64,000 nucleotides of DNA, taken from the NCBI RefSeq assembly GCF_001194135.2, contig NC_069002.1:33892819-33956818 (forward strand). The letters run 5' to 3'. Under the pieces are notes generated by a model. It did not search any database. It was not told the origin of the DNA and saw only the letters and a list, made by a program, of their open reading frames with translations. Position numbers and translations under genes: made by a program. The DNA is from Octopus bimaculoides (lineage: Eukaryota). Shown in pieces: positions 1 to 13,031 of the stretch; positions within the stretch are counted from its first letter, which is position 1; every line of letters starts with the position of its first letter.

Positions 1-1394
1 ATATGTCTCAGAATATGTAGATATATCACAGATTTGTTCCAAATAATTATGTAAGGGGAAATATGGATAAACACACATCTTAGCAAATCGCTGGTTGTAA
101 AATCCAGGATCACATTAAGTTTATTTTTCAGGAACGAAGACAGTCTAACTGATAGAGATCCGTGCATTTTCATTTACTGTGTCACCCTGCGGCGACTGTT
201 GACTCTGATAAAGCAGTGTTTCATGAAGAGTATTTGATCCTGAAACACATTTTTTATCTTAGAAATCACTTAACGTCACGGCTAGGGCTTTAGAAGTATG
301 AGCTGTAATGTTAAGTCGGTTTACCACAATTTATGTACTGATCTTATTAAATTATATCGATTATTAATCAATATTTTACCAAGAACGTGTAGAATAGTAC
401 ACGTACAATATTGTATATTTTAGTAGAGGAACTTTAGGTAAGCAGTAAATCAGGTTGTGCGCAAGGTCCGCATTCTAGAAGAAGAGGGAGTTAGTCAATA
501 CTATCAATCCTAGTACTTGATTGGTAGGTACTATAATCTATCGACCCCAAAAGTCTGCAAGTCTAAGACAATCCGAATTTTGAGGTAGCGAACTGAATAC
601 AACAAATAAACACAGGTAATACCTCAAAAATTTTCCGACGCTTTACGATTCTGTCATTTTCACATATATGAGTTTTAATCAGTATATATTAATATATCAA
701 TGTTGTGCATGATGGAATGCGGGGAATACTGTGGAATATTGAGTATGATACAAAGAAAATTTTGTTAACATCTTAGTCATAATATTAACAATATTATAGA
801 TACCTCTAACCACGTAACAACTGTAAATATATAATAATAATTCAAATTAGAGAATACTTCTTAGCAAACTACCACGAGAGGAGGAGAATATAGAAGCCGT
901 ACATCGATGAATATTGGTTAGAATAATCACCAAACTGTAGTTTACGCGCAAAATTTCTTAAAATCTGAACACGATTACTGTTGCTATAGTTTAAAACGTA
1001 AGTAGACTACTACTAACACAATTTGGAGTTTTAAACAGATTGAAAGCAGAATACCCTAAAACTATTAACCAGTAAACATGCAATATGGATTAAAATAGTA
1101 ACCAGTGTCAACCCAGAAATGATTACAATATTTTGACAATATTGCAACGAAAGAATATTAAATACTATTTAATATAATGCCCGAATAGAATAAACTACAG
1201 ACTGAACTAATGCGGAATTAAAATAAACACTATATTCCGAATAAAGAGGGTAGAATACTAAGCATGATATAGCCTCAATATATTTCAATTAATCAGGATA
1301 CAATGAGAGTAAGTTGAAATAAAATGTAGACCCGAAAGAGAATCTTCTAACGAGATAGATAAAACGGATAGAAATAGGATCTCTATAGAGCTAA

Positions 1395-1640
1395 GTTATG
1401 TCAGGTGTGCGGTCCCATCAGCGTCATTATGCATCGAGCCGACCATATTCACCAGTGCCCTCCATCGGTGGTGGTCCCGTGCCAGCCCTTCCACATCTTC
1501 CAATATGAAGTCGAGCATCTGGAGACATTACTTAATCAGGTACAGCCATGGTGCCTCTTACATACCGTTCCAGACCATGTGGCGGATTCCTATGAAGTAG
1601 GTCGCTACGCGCTGATGATTGCATGCACACGCTCTTCCTT
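1395..1640 (-). mobile_element. RTE-clade LINE, 3' fragment of the reverse transcriptase ORF (pseudogenised)
   Basis: Minus-strand frames read ...CMQSSARSDLLHRNPPHGLERYVRG... and ...LEDVEGLARDHHRWRALVNMVGS, matching the RTE C-terminal pattern (DLLLWxPxHGxRxRG; AxDRxxWRxxV). It is a GC-rich island inside the AT-rich array. Confidence 0.7.
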
Positions 1641-1943
1641 GAAATAGCAGCTATACTAAATTCCGAACTTATTAAAATATTAACTAGGCTACAATCAGAA
1701 TGGTTTAAATGAGTAACTAGACTAAAATCGGAATAGGTTAAACTAGAAAAAACTAGAAAAAACACTGGCAGAAATCATCCGGTTGAGAGACTAACTATAC
1801 GAAACTAGAATACGTTACCACACTATCAAGAATATAACCATGATATATTGAAATATAAACCGGAGTATAGGCAAAGTGTATTGAAACAGGAGGAAATTTT
1901 ATTGAATATTATATGGACATTAGCCAGAGATGCTTAAAATATT

Positions 1944-2137
1944 AGTTTTACATTTTAGCACAAAACCAGTAACTCTGGGGGAAGGGTACCTCAATTGCAA
2001 GGACGCCAGTACTCAATTGGTACTTATTTTATCGACTCTGAAAGGTAGTCGACCTCGACAGAATTTTAACAAAGACGGACGAAATACCGCTCTGCATTTT
2101 CCCCGGCGTGCTACCGATTCTGCCAGCTCGTCGCCTT
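1944..2137 (-). mobile_element. SINE family A copy with 18-bp target-site duplication
   Basis: Contains the core ggtacttattttatcgac...gtcgacctcg and head gattctgccagctcgtcgcc shared with other copies. Flanked by agagatgcttaaaatatt (1926-1943) and agagttgcttaaaatatt (2138-2155). Confidence 0.85.
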
Positions 2138-3682
2138 AGAGTTGCTTAAAATATTGACTAGACTGAATCAGAATCTATTTAAATTCAAAACAGATGTAAA
2201 TCATAATATGTTAAAATGTAGTCAGAATGAAACGAAAATGAGATAAGACAAATCAGAAAATAGAAAAAGAAAGATGCATTAAGCAATAACATGACTACAA
2301 TGGGAATATATTCAAATGCTAACAAGATAAATGTCAGAATAAATTAAAATATTTACTAGTCTAAAACACTAATAGATTAAAATATTAAGTCAAGTACAAT
2401 GAGATTATTTTAAGTAGTAACTTGACTATAAATATTATTGTGCAAAAAGCTAACTAGACTACAAGCGGTGTTAAAATATTAATACGAATTCAGTAGAATA
2501 GATAAAGAATAATAACTAGAATCTGAATAGATTAAAATATTAAGTAGAATATCATGAGAAATTGTTAACATAGTCACTAAACTACTTCCAAAATTACTAA
2601 AATACTAACCAGGATAAAAGCACAAACGATGGAAGTGGAAACAATATTAAAATCTGAATTGATTGAAATGTTAACGATAATACAATCATATTAGGTTAAA
2701 AACTAACAAATCTACAATCAGAATAGTCATATACTAACAAGAATCTAATATTGACTCACTAACACGCCAACGGCCATGATGTTTTCAGACGCTAAGCCAA
2801 ATAAAAATAAATCCACAATAGACTAAAATATTAACTATATTAAAACACAATTGATTAAAATATTAAACAAGTTGCAAGGAAATGAAATAAAATTGAATTC
2901 ATCTCCAAATATAGATTTCTGTAAAATACTACCTAGACTAGTTCAGATTTCATTGAAATTATAATTAGACTATTGTCAGACTACGTTAAATTTCTAACCC
3001 AGGATACAACTGAAATATATTAGAATATTAAAGTGACTGCAACTACAATTCGTTAAATATTTACACCACTGTATATGGCCTAGATTATAATGCTAGCTGA
3101 CTACAGACAGAATAGATTAAAATATTAACTAGACTAAAACTAGAATACAGTAATGTCTTTCATCGAATACAATCGGACTACTTTAAATATTATCTAGAAT
3201 AAAACTAGAATTTGTGAAAATGATGAATAAAATTCACATATGACGTTTTGAAATAGTAACCATTGTTCAGATAGATTAGATTAGTATAGTAACCTGAGTA
3301 AATGGTGAATAGATAGATTAAACTAATAAGTATAATACAAGCAAATAATATTGTGTAATAACTAAATTATAGTAATGATTGTTTAAAATACTCAGTCGTC
3401 TAAAAGAGAAACAAATACTAAACTGACAATAAACAAAATAGTTTGTAAAGTGTAAAGCAGAAAACAACCAGAATTTATTAAAATGTTTAACTAAATACAC
3501 ATAGAGACGATTCAGATACTTCTTGTTACATAGAAGGTTCAAATACCCATAAGTTAAAGAAGAGACAGACGACAGACTTACTAGTTCAGCATTTTGGCTA
3601 GACTACGACATTAAGTGGATTACAATCGGAATATACGGAAATATTGATGAGACTGATATTGCAATATATTAAACGTAACATA

Positions 3683-3850
3683 GACACAGGTACACATGTA
3701 TGGTAGGAAGCGTGCTTCCCAAAGGTATTGCTTCGGGTTCAGTCCCACTGTGTAGTACCTTCGGCAACCGTCTTCTATTACAACCTCGACCCGACCAAAG
3801 TCCCGTGAGTGGAATCGGGAGCCGGAAACTGAAAGAAGCCCGCCATACAT
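3683..3850 (+). mobile_element. SINE family B (tRNA-like head), 5' half, ending in (TA)n/(TG)n
   Basis: ggttcagtcccactg...ccgaccaaag...ggaaactgaaagaagccc aligns with the copies at 30855, 46051 and 50885. Confidence 0.85.
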
Positions 3851-3924
3851 GTATATACATAATATATACTTATTTATTTATACACACACATATACGTCGT
3901 CACTCACACACATACATACTTTCA

Positions 3925-3926
3925 TA

Positions 3927-3991
<65 letters not shown>

Positions 3992-4030
3992 ATAAAAGAG
4001 TACATGTGTGTGTGTGTGTATATGTGTGTA
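3925..4030. repeat. (TA)n/(TG)n microsatellite
   Basis: Directly visible dinucleotide runs. Confidence 0.95.
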
Positions 4031-4489
4031 TCTTTGTCTCGGTTAAAGGCCAATGACCCCTATATTTCTACTGCATTTTAAACTAAATACATGGCATTAG
4101 CAACCAAATTGAAGATATGAAAATGAATTTTATACCATGAACTCGTAGAGAATATCGTGAGGAGGTGCAATTTCTGAAAGGCTGCTTAAATGAGGCCCCA
4201 CTGATCCCCTCCCCATATTTTTATTGCATCTACCTTGCTCCTACCGTTACTGATTAAACTATGATCAGCATCAGTGCTAAGCACATTTTCAGAAATAAGT
4301 TTGAGCATTCTAAATACCTTCACGTACATACAAATCGAGATAAAGTGTTATAACAGGTACGTTTCAAGGGTTGTAGCGTGGATATTTATATTTTGTAGTT
4401 TGTGAAACTTATGTCTGGGTGGAAACTAATCTTCCTGTTCAATTTTCATATTGGTGCTTGGGCCTTCAGCACAAGTGCTCGGGTATGGG

Positions 4490-4742
4490 GTTTAGGTGTG
4501 GGTACGAGTGAAGTATAGGTATTGAGTGTATGGGAATGGGAGCGCGGATATATGTCGGGAGTTTGGAATGGGGTATGGATAATTAATACCAACAGATACA
4601 CATACAATGAATGTGCCCGTGTCCATTATTTCACACAAGGGTAGAGGGCCGCGAAGTGGTCCGATAGTGTGGCCGAAGACCTCAAATGTGCGCTTCACAG
4701 GGGCTAGAACAAATGCCGCCCGAAGTGCGGCTTCAACGCTAG
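4490..4742 (+). mobile_element. Helitron-type element, 3' terminus (5' end not located)
   Basis: GC hairpin gccgcccgaagtgcggc (4715-4731) followed 7 nt later by CTAG (4739-4742) and then T; the 33-bp array resumes immediately afterwards. Upstream GGGTATGG-like short repeats. Confidence 0.6.
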
Positions 4743-6019
4743 TATATGTTAAAATACAAGACATAACAATTAGAATTGGTTAAAGTTGTGAACAGAGTAA
4801 ATATTAACAAGTTCAACTAGTTTATATGATATAGGGCGTAGAATACCGTGGGAGTCGATTACTATTTTCTAAACAATAAATAGAGAACAGTTTAAGCAAT
4901 GGGCAGTAACAATGTTGTTTGAGTCTAAGTAATAATTAGATTACAAACTGAATATGCTAATATGCAAAATGTACTAAATACAAAATAGGTTAGTATAGTC
5001 AATAGACTAGAGGTAGTAATACTTTTTGTAGCAAGAGTACAATAATCCGATGTGGATAGAATATGGCCTATACAAAAGGCAGAAGACCTTAAAAAGCTTG
5101 AAAGATTATAAACTGAATAGATTAAAATACTAACTCGACTAAAACTAGAATAGGTTACAATGTTTACTAGATTAACAACGGAATAGGTTAACATATCAAG
5201 AATAAGTTGTGAACAGGATCAAACACCAAGCAAACAAAAGTCAGAATAAGTTAAAAAAACAAAACAAACGAGAATAAAAACAGAACTTAAGAGAATATTA
5301 ACTTGACTAACACTAGAATGGGTAGTAATATTAACTAGGCTTAAACCAGAAAAGATTAAAATTCCAAGAACAATAAACCCAGACTCAGATAAAATATTAC
5401 CTAGACGAAAGCTAGTGCAGTTCAAAATACTTTTTAGCTTTACAACTAGAATAGATTGGAAAAACCCCAGCAAGATTACAAGTAAATCATATAAACTGTT
5501 AACCTGAGAACGACCAAAAGATATTAAAAGAGCTAACCAGACTATAACCAGAATGGATTTTAAAAAGCTAACCAGACAGCAACCTGTTGATGTTAGATTA
5601 TTAAAATATACCAAAGCCACTAAAAATGATATTGCTTCCTATGTTTTTGGCTTTCAAATAAATTTTAAATTCTGTTTTCTTCCAGAAAAATAAATTTCTT
5701 ATCAAACTTTTTTCATTCTTGCTCTCTCTTTCTGTCTGTCTTCCATTTTATATTCTTTCTTTTCTCTTCATATCTTTCGTTATGTCTTAGTTACTTTTTT
5801 TCTTTATTTTTGTTTATGTCTTACTCTTACACAATTTCTGCGCGTTCATATAAAACCCACTATAGTCTAAGCAGTGTTTATATATCTATATTTCATATTC
5901 ATACAGACAGGCAAACACATATCCAAATACACACACAAGGACGCAAGCACATGCAAAATGAAACGCACATACACACACACACATATATATTCTAGATAAA
6001 TATTGAACGCAATAAATTG

Positions 6020-6145
6020 ACAGATGACGTCAACAACAACAGCGACAACAACATCAACAACCACTAGAACGACGACGATTATGATGATGATGACGACGGC
6101 GACACAGACTACGATGACGAAAGACGCCGACAACGATGATGATCA
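6020..6145. repeat. Mixed (ACA)/(GAT)/(GAC) trinucleotide microsatellite
   Basis: Directly visible. Confidence 0.85.
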
Positions 6146-8013
6146 AGAATGTAATCAAAATAATTCAATAGAAAGTAAGAATGACAAACAAAAGTATAAT
6201 TCAAATAAATTAATTATGGAAAACGTATTTAGTGTCCATTTTTGATATGTGTAACAACTGATTTTAGAGTTTCTGTTTACTGAAATAACTTTTAACTTGG
6301 TTAATATTGTTAATAGCATAACAACAACAACATTATCGGCAACGATATTACATACAGAACCAACTCCTCCACAACTACCGAGTCCACCACCTACAACAAC
6401 AGCTACAACTTAATGGTAATATTAATGAAAATATACGAAGAGGTAACAATATAATTGTAAAGGAATGTATCAAAATTCACAATAATTTAATAATTATGTT
6501 GATAATATTAAGCATTTCTTCTATTGTCTCTGCGACTTATTCATACGTACAAAAAGTCTTATTACACTGATATATCAAAACTATATCGGGATATACAACG
6601 TTCCATAAGAACGAACGGTAAGGCACATTATAAATATGAAGTTGCACCGTTTAATTATTTATAATTAGTAGATTTGATTGAATGTATGTACATGTATACG
6701 TTATACACAGACATAGCAAATATATGTACACACATATGTACATTTATATTTCTATATGCGGCGTACGAGGAGTTTTCTTATAGTCAATCATACTAATTGG
6801 TAGGTCACTAAAACTCCGACTGGAACTGGTTGATCATGGGATATTGAGATTACTATTCAGAAGCGGCTAGGAGTGATTTATTCCTGAGCAGATATGTACA
6901 GATTAAAATGAAACGGCAAGACTTGACAAGGACATTTAATTTAATTATATGATAAAAGGTAGACAATCTCTAACAAATGTTATTAGAATGTCCAAGAAAT
7001 TGGAACATAGACAAGCGTAGAGTTTATAAGCTCAGTATCCCGTCGTCAGAGAGGAAGCTGTTAACAGGTATAACAGATGTGACAGTAGTTACCATTGTTA
7101 ATTATTGTACTTCACTTTGAGAAAAAATCTAATTAAAAATCCAATGTTGGATAGATGTTATTAGTTCTAATGTTGGATAGAGATAGCCTCTATTACTCTT
7201 GACATGGATTATAGTCAAATCATTCTCTTTTCCATTCTAATAGTGGATTCCCGAAAAATTAATTTGCTAAGATATTATTAAATTTCTTATCTATCATGAC
7301 TATTTAAAAAATAATAATAACAGAATCAATGCTTAAACCGGTCCACGTGAGTCCAATTACTTAAATGTACGTTAGGTGATTGTATTAATATGATCTGCTT
7401 CCGTTTGATTTCTGTAGTTACCATCAGTGAATTTTGGCGATTTCTATAAGAGTTTTGACTGTTATTTCCAGCAGGCAGCCATACTTAGTATTTCCTTTGA
7501 TTAATTCTAATCCTTCAGGTATTTAATGCTTTTGTGGGGCCTGCAACTGCCTATGTTATTGATTCTGTTATTATCTACGTGTTTGCATGTATATATATAT
7601 ACATATATATAGACGGTTTAGATATAGATTCAAGGTTGAATATGGTACTTATGCGTAGGCACCCAAATATCGTATCCCAAAAGGATAGGTGATCAAAATC
7701 AAAAAAATAAGCAACACGGATTTCAAAGGTGATTGCAGTACGCACGTTTCATGCTACTCCAATGTATTAAAGTAATGCGAGCATTACATTAAATGCAATA
7801 TGAAGAGCAATCTTCAGCTGCATGAAAATGCAGAAAATTACTGTAGAAAAGACATATTAGAAATGTGGCAACATTTCAAATCCAAGTGAGAGAGAGAATA
7901 CATAAAAATCCAAATGCGAGGAAGAATACATAAGTCCGTCTTGACATAGCCGAGTCTATCAGGCTAGTAATTGATTCTAGACAACAGTTATATATATATG
8001 GAANNNNNNNNNN

Positions 8014-8059
<46 letters not shown>

Positions 8060-8571
8060 CCTTCTCGTTCAGTTTTAGTAGAGATTTGTCACTGATGATT
8101 CTTGCCTGGATTTAAGATTACTAATATATACTGTGAGCGACGACCAAATCATTCTGTACAGGTAGTATTATTGTCTGAAAATCGAAGCCTAATAACTTGG
8201 TAATATGGATGCGTTGGCGGTAATAATTTCTTAAATATTGTTCTTGCAGTTCCAAAATAACGTTATATATAATTTTATCATAAACTTTTATAACCTTATA
8301 TGAAAACATAGGATTATGCAAATCTGTTAAATTTATATTTATGGATTTTGAGACGCTGTCGAATTTACGACATATTGTTCAAAATTTAAAATATCTGTTT
8401 CAAGTGTCACGTGTTTTATCTTTTTGCTTCGTGATATTAACGTTTTATATCAAAATAATGAGTTCACTTACATACAATCCCCATCCAATATTTTACAGCA
8501 GTCTTTCTCAAACGAAGTAATTCCTATTGTTTTTCTTTTTTTTCTGTGCTGTACGTTGGCCAGCATTCTTT

Positions 8572-8733
8572 TTTCTTCTCTAGGTACATGGCCCAGAATT
8601 TGGAGAGAGGGGGCTAGTCGAACTGGTACTTAATTTATCGACCTCAAAAGGATGAAAGCAAAGTCGACATCGGTGAAAATTGAAGTCAGAACATAAAGAC
8701 TGTTGAAATACCGCTAAGACTGTTGGCCCACCG
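8572..8733 (-). mobile_element. SINE family A copy (head degraded)
   Basis: ctggtacttaatttatcgacctcaaaaggatgaaagcaaagtcgac core, with tail ctctaggtacatggcccagaattt. Confidence 0.85.
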
Positions 8734-8741
8734 TAGTAAAG

Positions 8742-8960
8742 TTTCTTATTTCTTTACTGCCCACAAGCGGCTACACACAGAGGGCACGAACGGATTGTGT
8801 CGATTATATATCGATCCCCAGAGTATGACTGGTACTTATTTAATCGACCCCGAAAGGATGAAAGGCAAACTCGGCGGAATTTGAACTCAGAACGTAGCGG
8901 CAGACAAAATACTGCTAAGCATTTCGCCCTTCGTGCTAACGTTTCTGCCAGCTCACCGCC
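8742..8960 (-). mobile_element. SINE family A copy with an alternative 3' tail
   Basis: Head and core as in other A copies (cgaccccgaaaggatgaaaggcaaa...ttgaactcagaacg...tgccagctcaccgcc), but the tail reads tttcttatttctttactgcccacaagcggctacacacagaggg. Confidence 0.9.
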
Positions 8961-9834
8961 TTTGTACGGTGGCCAACATTGAGAAAAGAATGAGCACTTA
9001 ACTTATTTCCTTTTCTATATTTTTCAAGATTAATTTTAAAACATTACTGATATTTCAGTACACATTCAACATGTGCGTTTACAAGCCTATTCGTATGAAT
9101 TTTATACGCTTATTCTTTTACTTGTTTCACTCAAAAGAACTCGACAAGAACTGTCTAAGTGAGAGATCTTTCATTATATTTCAGGACACATATACAGCAA
9201 ATGATCATAATTATTTAGTTGATGTAGACACACATCTAAATATTATTTTCTGATTCCACAACTTGTTTGTTACACCCAACGTAGATCTGCATATCTTTGC
9301 ATTCAGCAGTTACATTTATACCATTAAAAAAAGTAAATAGTAATTTTTATATATTTTATATATTTTCTCTCTCAATATAATATACAAAATCTTTCGCGTA
9401 CATGAGCGAATCGATTTTTTGTTTTGCTTTTTCCTATTTTCGTTTCTTCCCGACCATTTTCTCTCAGAGAATAAATTTTCTTCAACTTCTATTTCGTGGT
9501 TATATTTATTTTCTGTCTTTTCTTCTTTTTATATATAGGGTCTTTCTGCAGTTGATATATATAAATAGGGGTCTCTGGCTTCAGCATTCTGCAATCGATA
9601 GTTTGCATTTATGTTAAAATACTTTACAGAATAATTATTTAGATATTTGCAATATTTTCTTATTTTTTATAATTAAGTCAAGAAAATGGCGGGTAGCGAT
9701 GTCTGATGTTTTAACTCTCTAAAAAAAAAGAAAAATCATTTTATTAGTTTACAATCAACATGAAATATTCTCTTTTCTCATTGCAATTTTAATTCAAGTT
9801 TCACCTAGACAGACATTAACACAGACACGTTTAA

Positions 9835-9869
<35 letters not shown>

Positions 9870-10044
9870 CGTATATGAATGCGTGTATGTATGTGCGAGA
9901 GGAAGTTTTTGGATGCAAATTCATAGTTACCGGCATTATAAATATTTACATATGCTCGTATATATCTGTGCACCAATTGGAGTATGTAGTGAGATATTAG
10001 TAATGTATTCTGATATGTACACACACACACACACACACACACGC

Positions 10045-10081
<37 letters not shown>

Positions 10082-12992
10082 TACATATTCATCTACATTG
10101 AAAATATTTTCGTCATTATCCATTTATTGCTTTATACAAAAATCTATTCCAACTATATTCCTTGCCATCAGTTTAAAAATATTTTCTCACAACTATTACA
10201 GAGTTATATGAAAACATTCTTAGGTTCCTATGCGTTCACTTTTTCATACTTTTTTGTATTTCTTCTAATGGCCATCATGGTAACTGATTAAAAAACGTCG
10301 GTCTTGTTTGAGTTTAATAAAAGCGAAGCAAAAATGGCATCATACGTTTAATGGAAAGCTGAGAAAGTAACTTTAAACCACGCAAATGTTTTGTATTTAT
10401 GATACGACAAATTACTTTCAGGAGAAAATATTGGGGGTAAAAATGATAGAATAGGATAAGAATGTTATTTTCGTCCGGAATCTAATAGAATTCTAAGAAT
10501 AAATAGTAAGTCATTCAATAAGGAATAATTTTCTGCTGTGTTCTACGCAACCGTTCTGCAAGAATATAAATAGACACGAGAATGTCGTTGATCAATTTAA
10601 GAAAAAAAGAAAAAAAAAAGAACGTTTTCTTCGTTCTGTAATGATGAAATACAAATCAGTTCTTTCCTGAACGATGTAAACGTAGGTAAGACAGATTTAA
10701 TTTTCGAATTGATACAAGGTTAATAGGAATTACTTCGATTGAGAAAGATATTGGATGGAAATTGTGTGATAGTGTGCTCTAATATTTCAAATAATTTCCC
10801 TCGATATTTCTAACAAGCAATGTTATATTACGTTTATATTTAAAACTATGATTAATCGTCTACTTAATTCTGTGTTTTGTTTTCGCATTGTGACAACTAA
10901 AAAGCAAAGCAACTACGTTAAGGAATGATATTCTGGCAACAAATGTATCGAGTAAAGAGTGCGTGGGCGATTAGATAAAATGGAGCGTGTTGATTTAGTT
11001 TAGCGATATCTCACTAAATTATATTTGCGTCTCGTGTTAAAGGATTTTCTGTAGCGCCAGCGTAAGCACAAATAAGATTCTAGCAAACGTCTTCTATTTT
11101 TCAATTTCCAACTATTATACGGTTAAATGCGGGCAAATATGCCCTTCGAAAATTTGATTAAATCAACAGATGTGTTGACGAATTTCTTAAATGCTGTTTT
11201 CCATTTCACCGATAAACATATCCACAGCATTTAATATACACCTAAACCGAGTTTCGATCTTCATCTTTTTTCTTTCTTTCCTCATCTTACCTTTTTTTCT
11301 GTAATGTGTGGCACGCGAGAAATCGAGAAAAGATTATGGCACATATCCTACGAAAAGTTAAAAAGATTATTTCTAAAACCAAACATAAAATCATTTGAGA
11401 AGCGAATTGCTTATTTTGTTTAATAAATAATATAATTATATTTTGAATATCTCTTAAAACACTTTGAAGTGTAATATGGATTTGGCAACTACTGAAATTT
11501 TATTAAAAAATGTAAAAAAAAAAAAAAAGGAGAAAATTATTTGTGGATTGCGCTGCAGCAGCGCGCCTCTACGCATCGCGAAACACTGGATTAGATATGA
11601 CGTTTTCTATATTAAAATAGGGAAATATTGTGAAAATACACCAGATACCATCACTTTCATGGATTAGGAAATGGACAGAGAAGCGTAGAATATTATCTAC
11701 TTGCTGGGTTCAAAGAAACAATAATCTAAACATGTATGAAACGATATTACATGAGTTGCTACAGTAGGAAACAGTGAATCAATATATCACGTCCTCGCAC
11801 AATATACCGGAAGCCTACGACATAATAAAAACCATTACAGATGCTAAAAGATAGCAAGGGGCGTTGAAATATAAAATATACCTCAATACGTTCAACAAAC
11901 GATTACAAGTACAGTGCAGTTTCTGTCGTGTTAATACTACTCTATATTTACGAATAGTATTCGAGAAATTTCTGCACTGATGCCCTTCATAGTAAGGTTG
12001 TATCGTCGCAGATGTGAAATAGTGGAAATGACTCAGACAAAATCGTATACGTCGGTCTGACTATCTGTCTGCCCGTCTATCAAAACTGGTACATAAGAAG
12101 GTAATTACTCTTATGAACGTAGCGTGCTTTGGTACTTCTCCGATGAGGAAAACTTCGAATGAGACGAGAAGTTTAACTGGAACAATGATAGATATCTAGG
12201 TGAAAATTTCCTTAATCTCATCGGACTGATGTAGCAACACTGACGGATTTAAAATGTGGTGATTTAAGAATTTCATTTAAGGAAACCAGACATCTGTTTA
12301 AGNNNNNNNNNNTACAGACAGACAAACGCACACACACATTCACATTTATATATATGCGTATGTAGTTTTCTTTGTATGCTAAATCCATTGTTTTTCCACC
12401 TCGTATCATATATCTTATAACAGAAACCCTGTTAATATATATGTATATGTGTGTGTGTGTTTGTGTGTGTATGTATGTTTATGGATATATATATTGATAA
12501 GTATTGATGTGTAAGCTATAACGTCTAAAATTATATCCTTCAATAGTTTATAGCTCTAAGGAATCCATAAAAGCAACAGTAAACGGAAAGATAAATCCAC
12601 CAGAATGTAAACATTGTCCTAAAATAACTCCAGATGACTTTGTTGATAACCTTCGACAGATCATGAATCACGAACATGTGATACCATGAAATTAATATAT
12701 CAAAACGGATATAACAACGTCAAAATGTAGACAATTCGGTGTTACAGTCGATATATTTGTCGTTATTTTCTTCATTTTGAGAAAGTATCTGAATTTTTGG
12801 AATAAGTCCAAGATTTTTTTAGTTTGATATCATCTGTTATTCTTTAATATGGATTGAGTGTATAATGTAAGCTATCAGATAAATAGCGTATCCCGTTGGT
12901 ATGAATAAATGTGGTTCGAAGTCTGAAACATGACTGAGTTGGAGCTTGGAAAATGGCACGAATGTGTTCGTGTGTGTATTTGTGCCTTTGTG

Positions 12993-13031
<39 letters not shown>

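Larger units (their letters stand above)
760..5625 (+). repeat. Degenerate 33-bp minisatellite array (consensus ~AAAATATTAACTAGACTAAAACTAGAATAGGTT), interrupted by several TE insertions
   Basis: Unit starts spaced exactly 33 bp apart at 1092/1125, 1674/1707, 2346/2379, 3086/3119 and 5124/5157/5190; near-consensus units at 3119 and 5124. The left boundary is approximate. Confidence 0.85.

Noticed and set aside
760-5625. CRISPR-like interpretation of the 33-bp periodicity
   Set aside because: The units are contiguous and degenerate, with no constant repeat/unique spacer alternation, no cas genes, and a eukaryotic context.
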